Origin: a virus
DNA: 42,966 bases
Strand: one strand, 5' to 3'
IMG/VR virus record: IMGVR_UViG_3300045988_127396
Location: 1-42,966 of that record
Below the pieces are notes generated by a model that was given only the letters and a program-made list of their open reading frames with translations, did not search any database and was not told where the DNA came from. Within the stretch, counting starts at the first letter, position 1. Each line of letters begins with the position of its first letter. Position numbers and translations under genes: made by a program. This document shows positions 8,419-14,537 of the stretch, one piece after another.

Positions 8419-8753
8419 TGGAATTAACATTCACTGAAATTCTTGATACTCTGTTAGAAATCGAAAAACGAGTCCCTATAGAAGACGACAAAGACTGGGT
8501 TTCATTTTGCTATAAATCAAAAGTGAACAAATTAGCCGAACTAAATTTAATATCGTTAAAGGAAACTGATATTCTTTTGATTATAGATAATTTAACAGAG
8601 CAAGGCATCAATCTTTTAGAAAAAGTTAGAAATAATGATGTTCGTCAAAATATCATAAATATTTCTGAAAACCTAGGAATTAAAAACTTTGAAACTTTCT
8701 TAAAAGTGATTGATATTGTATTCGTTGAATACATCAAGAAAAATATAAATTAA
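8419..8753 (+). CDS. Hypothetical protein (111 aa from MELTF...; ORF-track version starts at 8379), transcribed against the early operon
   Basis: Strong RBS AAAGGAGGTAAAATATAT-ATG at 8404-8421, own promoter, no terminator before the convergent minus-strand genes. Confidence 0.5.
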
Positions 8754-8998
8754 TCTTCTAAATATTCAGGTATAGGAAACTGTATCTGAATGTTTTTTTT
8801 GTACTCACTGTATAGCGAACGCAATTCATTTAAATATAACCCACGAAAAACATTGTTTACATTTAACTTAACTACCTCAGCTTCTAAGTCGTCTATACTT
8901 AGTTTTTTTTCTAATATTTTTTTAAAATCTCTTACTGCTAATTTTTTTACTTTTTCAGCTAATAAATTTATTTCTTGGTTTATTTCTTCTCTTTCCAT
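8750..8998 (-). CDS. Hypothetical protein (likely start MEREEINQ at 8998, RBS AAAGGAGGAACGGGG; ORF track gives 8750-9016)
   Basis: Strong RBS upstream of the internal Met. Helical, charged protein. Confidence 0.4.
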   Translation of the reverse strand: MEREEINQEINLLAEKVKKLAVRDFKKILEKKLSIDDLEAEVVKLNVNNVFRGLYLNELRSLYSEYKKNIQIQFPIPEYLED

Positions 8999-9164
8999 CC
9001 CCGTTCCTCCTTTCACTCATTATTGAATCTATTTCAACATCATCTACGATTAATTCAATAGTGAGTTTTATTTTATCGCTATCAGCATCAATGCTATAAC
9101 TGATTAATTTTTCTAATTTAACATCATTCAAATAAAATTCGTTATTATTAATTGTAAATTTCAC
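8955..9164 (-). CDS. Hypothetical protein (GTG start near 9164 after GGAGGA; ORF track gives 8955-9170); its 3' end overlaps the next gene out of frame
   Basis: RBS TTGGAGGAGTGAGA-GTG. Overlaps the 8750-8998 ORF by ~44 nt. Confidence 0.35.
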   Translation of the reverse strand: MKFTINNNEFYLNDVKLEKLISYSIDADSDKIKLTIELIVDDVEIDSIMSERRNGDGKRRNKPRNKFIS

Positions 9165-9217
9165 TCTCACTCCTCCAATTGTAGGTTTAACCCCATTTAT
9201 TTTATTTTATAAAACGG

Positions 9218-9436
9218 TTAAACCGTGTTATCGATTAAAAAGTTAATATCAGAATAACTGATATTGAATAACTTTTCTATTTTAATAATATCGGCCACAT
9301 CTGGGAATGTTTTTCCGTTTTCCCACTTACTCCAGGTTGCTGGTGAAATACCAAGCTTTTCAGCAATCTGTTCTTGTGTAAGATTAGCGCCAGCCCTTAG
9401 CATTTTTAAAGTTACTTTATTAGGCACTTCGTTCAC
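9218..9436 (-). CDS. Cro-like XRE HTH regulator (72 aa)
   Basis: LKMLRAGANLTQEQIAEKLGISPATWSKWENGKTFP. It is the first gene downstream of the minus-strand consensus promoter that faces away from the repressor promoter. Confidence 0.7.
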   Translation of the reverse strand: MNEVPNKVTLKMLRAGANLTQEQIAEKLGISPATWSKWENGKTFPDVADIIKIEKLFNISYSDINFLIDNTV

Positions 9437-9467
9437 TCCTTTCTTGTTTTATCAACTTACATTTTTT

Positions 9468-9574
9468 ATTATACACGGTTAAACCGTGCTTGTCAATAGA
9501 AATTCTTGATTTTTTTTAATTTTTTTTAATTTTTTTTCGTTTTTCTTGACAAAAAGGCGGTTTTTCCGTATTAT
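9468..9574. promoter_or_regulatory. Genetic switch with divergent promoters. The minus-strand promoter (TTGACA at 9491-9496, TATAAT at 9468-9473) has the palindromic operator CACGGTTAAACCGTG (9474-9488) as its 17-nt spacer. Three direct TTTTTTTTAAT repeats lie at 9510-9538. The plus-strand promoter is TTGACA (9546-9551)-17-TATTAT (9569-9574)
   Basis: All elements read directly from the sequence. A second operator copy AACGGTTAAACCGTG lies at 9213-9227. Confidence 0.65.
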
Positions 9575-9617
9575 AATAGTATAAACTTAATATTTGTAAA
9601 GAAGGATGTGAACTCAA

Positions 9618-10022
9618 ATGTCTAGCTTAGGTAATAAAGAAGTAATGGCCAAAAATATTCGCTATTATATGGAAAAAAGAGGTTTAAACGCTAAAGACTT
9701 TTCAATAGAATTAAATTTTAAATATTCAACAGTATTAGACTGGTTGAACGCTAAAACCTATCCAAGAATAGATAAGATAGAAATGATGGCCAATTATTTC
9801 AATATAGAAAAATCTGATCTGGTAGAGGATAAAGACAAAGAAAAAGAAAATATTGATATATCTATAATGGTAAATGATCTAATCGAAAACTTAAATAGTA
9901 ATCAGACTCTTATGTATAAAGATGAACCAATGGATGAATTGACTAAAGAATTAGTAAAAAGCTCCATTGAACAAGCTGCACGGATAGCAATGGCACGCCA
10001 TAAGGATGGAAATGGAAATTAA
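9618..10022 (+). CDS. CI/ImmR-like phage repressor (XRE HTH, no S24 peptidase domain)
   Basis: N-terminal HTH NIRYYMEKRGLNAKDFSIELNFKYSTVLDWLN. Immediately followed by, and translationally overlapping, the ImmA-type protease gene. Confidence 0.75.
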   Translation: MSSLGNKEVMAKNIRYYMEKRGLNAKDFSIELNFKYSTVLDWLNAKTYPRIDKIEMMANYFNIEKSDLVEDKDKEKENIDISIMVNDLIENLNSNQTLMYKDEPMDELTKELVKSSIEQAARIAMARHKDGNGN

Positions 10023-10446
10023 AGAAGTTTATAACACCCTTATCAAAGAGTACCAAACAAACGACCCATTGAGAATTATAAAAGAGTTAGATATAATATT
10101 ACTATTTAATGATCTTGGTAATAATAAGGGGCTTTTTAATACCTTTGAGATAGACAACAAAACATATTGCTGCATACACATCAACAATAAGTTAAGTTCT
10201 AGTGAACAACGATACACAATGGCGCATGAACTTGGCCATTATATTTTACACCCTAATTCAAACTTACATTTCTTAAGACGTGTTAGTGATGTGCCATTAT
10301 CACGCCAAGAGAAAGAAGCTGACTTGTTTGCCAGTTATTTTATTATTTCTGATGATGAGATTAAAGAGATTAATAATTTAACTCACATTTCAGAAGCTTA
10401 TAATTTAGATTATTCAATATTAGAAGAAAGAATTAAATATATATAG
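10006..10446 (+). CDS. ImmA/IrrE-family zinc metalloprotease (anti-repressor protease)
   Basis: HEXXH motif MAHELGHYILHP. ImmR-ImmA gene pairing as in ICEBs1 and phi105-type switches. Confidence 0.8.
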   Translation: MEMEIKEVYNTLIKEYQTNDPLRIIKELDIILLFNDLGNNKGLFNTFEIDNKTYCCIHINNKLSSSEQRYTMAHELGHYILHPNSNLHFLRRVSDVPLSRQEKEADLFASYFIISDDEIKEINNLTHISEAYNLDYSILEERIKYI

Positions 10447-10453
10447 AAAGAAG

Positions 10454-10852
10454 GTGAATATCATGGGAATAATTGATAAAATTCAAGAAAACATAAAAAA
10501 ACAAGAGGAATTACAAGCCCAAAAAATAAAAATGTTGCAGGCTGAAAATAAAGCTAAACAAGATGAAAAGAATGCTAAACTTGATAAACAATTAGAGAAA
10601 TTCCACCTGGATAATGTTAACCAGGAAACTAAAGAGAGTTTAAGATATGCAACTTCACTTTTTGCTACTGCTGGGAGTGGGCTTTCTGATTTGTTTTTAC
10701 CAACCAAACATATTGAAACAAGGAATAATGAGTTACTAAGGGCCATAACAACCCAAAATTATATACTTATCAAACAACAAGACAACCTGGAAAAACAAAA
10801 CGATGAAATCATTGCTATATTGAAAGATATTAGCAATAAGCTAGATAAATAA
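10454..10852 (+). CDS. Hypothetical coiled-coil protein co-transcribed with repressor and ImmA (candidate lysogen-expressed function)
   Basis: Start 8 nt after the ImmA stop. Heptad-rich sequence. Followed by a hairpin/terminator at 10855-10886. Confidence 0.45.
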   Translation: MNIMGIIDKIQENIKKQEELQAQKIKMLQAENKAKQDEKNAKLDKQLEKFHLDNVNQETKESLRYATSLFATAGSGLSDLFLPTKHIETRNNELLRAITTQNYILIKQQDNLEKQNDEIIAILKDISNKLDK

Positions 10853-10854
10853 AA

Positions 10855-10886
10855 AAACTCACCGCCCCGCCAAGAGTTGTGAGTTT
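10855..10886 (+). terminator. Hairpin (stem AAACTCAC/GTGAGTTT, 16-nt GC-rich loop) after the repressor operon
   Basis: A-run before and T-rich after the hairpin. The loop is unusually long, so termination efficiency is uncertain. Confidence 0.4.
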
Positions 10887-11121
10887 ATCAGTCGACTACG
10901 ATAAATTTATCGATTTTACAAAGACTTTTAACTTAATATCAATATTCGAACGCTTAAAAGACTCTAACATGTAATTGTTGGCTTTGTTTAAGGGTTTGTT
11001 CGACCGTTCATTCGAACGCCGTTCAGATATGAATTAAGTTGAGGTATGCTTCAACCCTCTATATATAAATATTGTAGCATACCTTTCTAAAATAATCAAA
11101 TTAAGAAAGGATGTGTATTAA

Positions 11122-12147
11122 TTGTACAAGGAAATCACCCATAATGGTAAATATAGGTATATCCAATCATTCAAGGATAATGATGGTAATACAAGGCGTG
11201 TTTCCATTGTTAAGAATAATAAGACTCGTGTAACAGAGAAAGAAGCTTACGAACAATTACAAGCTAAGATTGATAAGATTTTAAACCCCGCTTCTGAAGT
11301 AGAGTTATTAGGATATTATAAAAGAAAGTTCCTGGAGTTTAAGAAAGCAACGTTATCCCATCATTCATATTTAATTTATAAATCTTACTTACAAAAGTTA
11401 AACGATAATGAAAAGCTAGAAAATATCACCAAAATTAAATATGAGAAAATACTAATTGAGTTTAGGGGCCAGTATTCTCCAGAAGCAATAAAGTTTATGG
11501 TTAGACTGTTCAACAACCTATTTAAGTTTATAAAGAAATATTATGTTAAAAGCTTTGATGTCAATTTAGAGTTTAAACTTACCAAAGAAGAAAAAGCTGA
11601 AAAGCTGCAAAAGATTAAGTATTTAGAAAAGGATCAAATACCAGAGATCCTGGCAAGCATTAAGAATAACACTGTTCGCAACGTGGCCATAATTCAGTTG
11701 CATACTGGGTTAAGAATAGGTGAAGTCCTGGCCCTAACCCCAAAAGATGTAGACTTTACTAACAAGACTATAACTATTAATAAGACTAAATTACAGAACG
11801 GGAAATTATCAGCGCCAAAAACATTAAGTAGTATTAGGACAATAGAAGTTTCTGATTATGTTCTTAAAATATTATTAGACTTTATTTCAAATAAAGAATT
11901 TGTGTTCTGTGTTCATTACAACACAATCCTTAATCATTTATCAGCACAAAATATAACCTCTCACATGTTCAGACATACTCATGTAGCCCTACTCATAGAA
12001 GCTGGAGTACCAATCAAGGTAATATCCGAAAGACTTGGCCACTCTGATACCAGCATAACGCTTAGTATATACACCCATGTCACTGCTAACATGAAAGTAG
12101 ACCTTCATAATAAATTAGAAAAAGCTTTCCCTATTTTTTCCCTATAA
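11122..12147 (+). CDS. int: Tyrosine site-specific integrase
   Basis: C-terminal catalytic region HMFRHTHVALLIEAGVPIKVISERLGHSDTSITLSIYTHV (R...HxxR...Y). TTG start with RBS AAAGGA. Confidence 0.9.
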   Translation: MYKEITHNGKYRYIQSFKDNDGNTRRVSIVKNNKTRVTEKEAYEQLQAKIDKILNPASEVELLGYYKRKFLEFKKATLSHHSYLIYKSYLQKLNDNEKLENITKIKYEKILIEFRGQYSPEAIKFMVRLFNNLFKFIKKYYVKSFDVNLEFKLTKEEKAEKLQKIKYLEKDQIPEILASIKNNTVRNVAIIQLHTGLRIGEVLALTPKDVDFTNKTITINKTKLQNGKLSAPKTLSSIRTIEVSDYVLKILLDFISNKEFVFCVHYNTILNHLSAQNITSHMFRHTHVALLIEAGVPIKVISERLGHSDTSITLSIYTHVTANMKVDLHNKLEKAFPIFSL

Positions 12148-12377
12148 CTGAAATTAAATAAAAATAAACGCTGTTAAATCAATGTTTAGCAGCGTTTTGT
12201 AATATAATAAAATATTATATCATGTGAAAGGAAATTGATAAAGTAAAAAACCTAAAAAAGCATAAATACAGCATATTCCAAGCTTATTAGAACACATTTC
12301 TTAACTACTGTAAAATATTGGGAAAATAACAGAAATTAGCGACCATTTAGATGGTTTTTCCCTATTTTTTCCCTATA
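12126..12377. repeat. 21-bp exact direct repeat TTTCCCTATTTTTTCCCTATA: copy 1 at 12126-12146 (last codons of int), copy 2 at 12357-12377
   Basis: Exact match read from the sequence. ~230 bp apart, bracketing the int-proximal non-coding segment. Confidence 0.8.
12166..12198 (+). terminator. Inverted repeat AAACGCTG...CAGCGTTT followed by TTTT, downstream of int
   Basis: Seen in sequence. 16-nt loop. Confidence 0.4.
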
Positions 12378-12403
12378 GAAAAAAGCCCTTGTAATAAGGG
12401 CTT
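12378..12403 (-). terminator. Rho-independent terminator of the moron operon (stem AAGCCCTT/AAGGGCTT, loop GTAAT, U-run on the minus strand)
   Basis: Seen in sequence, 7 nt downstream of the 12410 ORF stop. Confidence 0.65.
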
Positions 12404-12409
12404 AATTTC

Positions 12410-12880
12410 TTATCTTTCATTATGCAAGAAATTTAAAACTACTTCATTCTTATTGTTAACCGCTTCATAATCATTTAAATTAAATTGATAATCTTTGTCT
12501 TGATTTTCAAAATTTACTTGAAATACTAATTTGTTAAAATCTTCTTCTTTAACATTAGATAAGTGGCTTTTTAGTTCTTCTACTGAATAAACTGTAGTAA
12601 TATCATTGATTTTATCTTCACTCCAATAAGATACAAAAGCTCCATCCTCTAATACTAATTCATTTACAATTGTTATCATTTTTCCATAGTTTGTCATGTT
12701 TATTTTCTCCTTGTATTCGTATAATTTTTTAGCAATCTTCAAAGTCATATTCTCTAATGCATATTTACCACTTCTATAATTTTGGATAACACTTAATGTG
12801 ATCCCAGTATCTTTAGAAATTCTGTAATCTGTAACATCGCTATTTAATAATTCTTCTATTTCTTTAATTATTTTATCCAT
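12410..12880 (-). CDS. Moron protein, 156 aa: HTH-like N-terminus (DYRISKDTGITLSVIQNYRSGKY) plus C-terminal domain of unknown function
   Basis: RBS TAGAGGTGTACAA-ATG. Position between the lysis module and int. Own promoter and terminator. Confidence 0.55.
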   Translation of the reverse strand: MDKIIKEIEELLNSDVTDYRISKDTGITLSVIQNYRSGKYALENMTLKIAKKLYEYKEKINMTNYGKMITIVNELVLEDGAFVSYWSEDKINDITTVYSVEELKSHLSNVKEEDFNKLVFQVNFENQDKDYQFNLNDYEAVNNKNEVVLNFLHNER

Positions 12881-12893
12881 TTGTACACCTCTA

Positions 12894-12986
12894 CTATATA
12901 AAACTTAAAATTATTGAGATTATAGTTGCTATAATTCCAAGTACTAATATCATCATTTGTATTTTTTGTATTTTTTCTTTTTTCAT
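12894..12986 (-). CDS. Putative 30-aa single-TM peptide MKKEKIQKIQMMILVLGIIATIISIILSFI (no obvious RBS)
   Basis: ORF found manually; not in the ORF track. Charged N-terminus followed by a 20-aa hydrophobic helix. Stop lies 14 nt before the 12880 start. Confidence 0.3.
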   Translation of the reverse strand: MKKEKIQKIQMMILVLGIIATIISIILSFI

Positions 12987-13047
12987 GATATAATGTGAAT
13001 AACGTAAGGTACTTGGGGTTTTTGTAAACCCCGTTCCCTTTTTGATT

Positions 13048-13179
13048 TTAGAAGATTTTCGCAATTAAATCTATCAGAGATTTTATAATCTGTAATACCG
13101 CTAATATTATAGACAATCTGATTAATTTAATTTGTTGTAAGTCTTCTTTTTTATTTTTTAGTTTCTTACGTTTATTCAC
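13048..13179 (-). CDS. Putative 43-aa peptide MNKRKKLKNKKEDLQQIKLIRLSIILAVLQIIKSLIDLIAKIF (GTG start, strong RBS AAGGAGGTGAAACA)
   Basis: First ORF after the consensus promoter. Basic N-terminus and hydrophobic/amphipathic C-terminus. Confidence 0.45.
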   Translation of the reverse strand: MNKRKKLKNKKEDLQQIKLIRLSIILAVLQIIKSLIDLIAKIF

Positions 13180-13202
13180 TGTTTCACCTCCTTACATTTA
13201 TT

Positions 13203-13231
13203 ATTATACCTTATATAGAGTATAAAGTCAA
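13203..13231 (-). promoter_or_regulatory. Consensus sigma-A promoter on the minus strand: TTGACT (13226-13231)-17 nt-TATAAT (13203-13208)
   Basis: Perfect -35/-10 hexamers with 17-nt spacer. Located after the endolysin terminator, ~25 nt before the RBS of the 43-aa ORF. Confidence 0.55.
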
Positions 13232-13303
13232 TAGTTTTTATGAACTTTTTTTTATTTTTTTAACGGAAATTTTTAAAAATAGCTATAATAACGGAAACTT
13301 AAG

Positions 13304-13341
13304 CAATAAAAAAAGCCCTACCAATTAAGGTAGGGCTTTTT
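13304..13341. terminator. Bidirectional rho-independent terminator (stem AGCCCTACC/GGTAGGGCT, loop AATTA, flanked by A-run and T-run) ending the late/lysis transcript
   Basis: Seen in sequence, ~85 nt downstream of the endolysin stop. Confidence 0.65.
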
Positions 13342-13426
13342 CAACTATTAGGGAGTAATATGAAAGTGTTAAGTATGGCACTTAACAAACTTAATTATAC
13401 CATATAAAATAGCGATAATTAAATTA

Positions 13427-14242
13427 TTACTCCACTTCTGTTAAATATTTATCTTCAATCCATTGGTCAGAGTCCTTGTAATTTACACGACTCCAGCCGT
13501 CTTTTTTCTCGTAAACTCTTACTCTTGTACCAGCAGCGACAAACTCTTTATCTTCACTATCTAAAGATGGTTGACTTTCCAAATAGTAATCAATGCTTAC
13601 AGTTGCTTCATAATAAGCTTGCTCTCTTTTTGGCAACTCAACATCTTCATCCAGGATAGATTTTTCAACTACTTCAGCAACGTTTGTAGTATCTCCAATT
13701 TCTATCTCACCGCTTCTTAGTTTTTTAATTCTATCGATGAAATAAGCTTTACAATTTTGAGTTCCAGCTCCATAATAAGCCCCACCATTCGCATGTAATT
13801 CCATTGAACGGTGTGGGCAAGCTGTAGGACTAAATTCGTGATGTAATCTTACAGTATCTTCATTTACTGGCAATCCATAAGACTCTAATAACTCACCAGC
13901 AATCATAAGCGCTGCATCTTCATTAGCAATGAAATCTTCATCAGATGCGCTCATTGATTGACAAGCTTCAATCCCAATATAATTGGCGTTCCCCTCGTAA
14001 GTTGCTGTGTGCCACTCTTGGTAATTTACTGGTTGGAATACAAACGTATCGTTTCTATCAACGTAATAAGCAGCAAACCCATTAGCAAGAGTTCCATTAT
14101 TTACTCTATCACGTAAAAAGCCTTCGTATTGGCGGGCGCTGTTACCTCCTGCATCGTTGTGTAAAACTATACCACGTATTGAGTTTTTAGGTGGCGCAAA
14201 GTAAATTCCTTGTTTGAAATATGAACTATAAATATCAGCCAT
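13427..14242 (-). CDS. Endolysin: N-acetylmuramoyl-L-alanine amidase (Amidase_2/PGRP fold) with C-terminal SH3b-like cell-wall-binding region
   Basis: VLHNDAGG...HHEFSPTACPH matches the zinc-ligand pattern of T7-lysozyme-type amidases. Directly follows the holin. Confidence 0.85.
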   Translation of the reverse strand: MADIYSSYFKQGIYFAPPKNSIRGIVLHNDAGGNSARQYEGFLRDRVNNGTLANGFAAYYVDRNDTFVFQPVNYQEWHTATYEGNANYIGIEACQSMSASDEDFIANEDAALMIAGELLESYGLPVNEDTVRLHHEFSPTACPHRSMELHANGGAYYGAGTQNCKAYFIDRIKKLRSGEIEIGDTTNVAEVVEKSILDEDVELPKREQAYYEATVSIDYYLESQPSLDSEDKEFVAAGTRVRVYEKKDGWSRVNYKDSDQWIEDKYLTEVE

Positions 14243-14266
14243 GTTATTATCTCCTTTGATTATAAA

Positions 14267-14530
14267 TTATTGTTTTGGTTTTTCATAAGTCATAGCTTGT
14301 TCGCTATCACTGAAGCCTTGTGTTGTAGGATCGTTAACTATCCCTAACAATCCAAGTAATAAAAAAACAGCATCGACAACATTATTAATGTTGGTGCTGA
14401 ATAATTCTGTATTTAGGTTATAACCAAACAATACAGATACTTGCTTCACTAATAGCAATAGACCAGCTATAAATGCTATTACAAAGCGTTTATTCTTAAA
14501 ACGTACTTTCCAATTTATCATAGTTTTCAC
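14267..14530 (-). CDS. Holin (phiLC3/phage_holin_1-like, 87 aa)
   Basis: MKTMINWKVRFKNKRFVIAFIAGLLLLV plus a second TM segment VVDAVFLLLGLLGIV. Immediately upstream of the endolysin. Confidence 0.7.
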   Translation of the reverse strand: MKTMINWKVRFKNKRFVIAFIAGLLLLVKQVSVLFGYNLNTELFSTNINNVVDAVFLLLGLLGIVNDPTTQGFSDSEQAMTYEKPKQ

Positions 14531-14537
14531 CTCCTTT

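Noticed and set aside
9510-9538. Three direct repeats TTTTTTTTAAT; considered as a mini CRISPR-like or iteron array
   Set aside because: Pure A/T tracts with 11-bp phasing between divergent promoters. Far more likely DNA-curvature/UP-element sequence than repeat-spacer structure. No CRISPR features anywhere in the window.
10880-11100. Searched the int-upstream region for a tRNA gene fragment marking attP
   Set aside because: No GGTTCGAATCC-like T-arm or acceptor-stem pattern. Only short direct and inverted repeats, which are reported separately.
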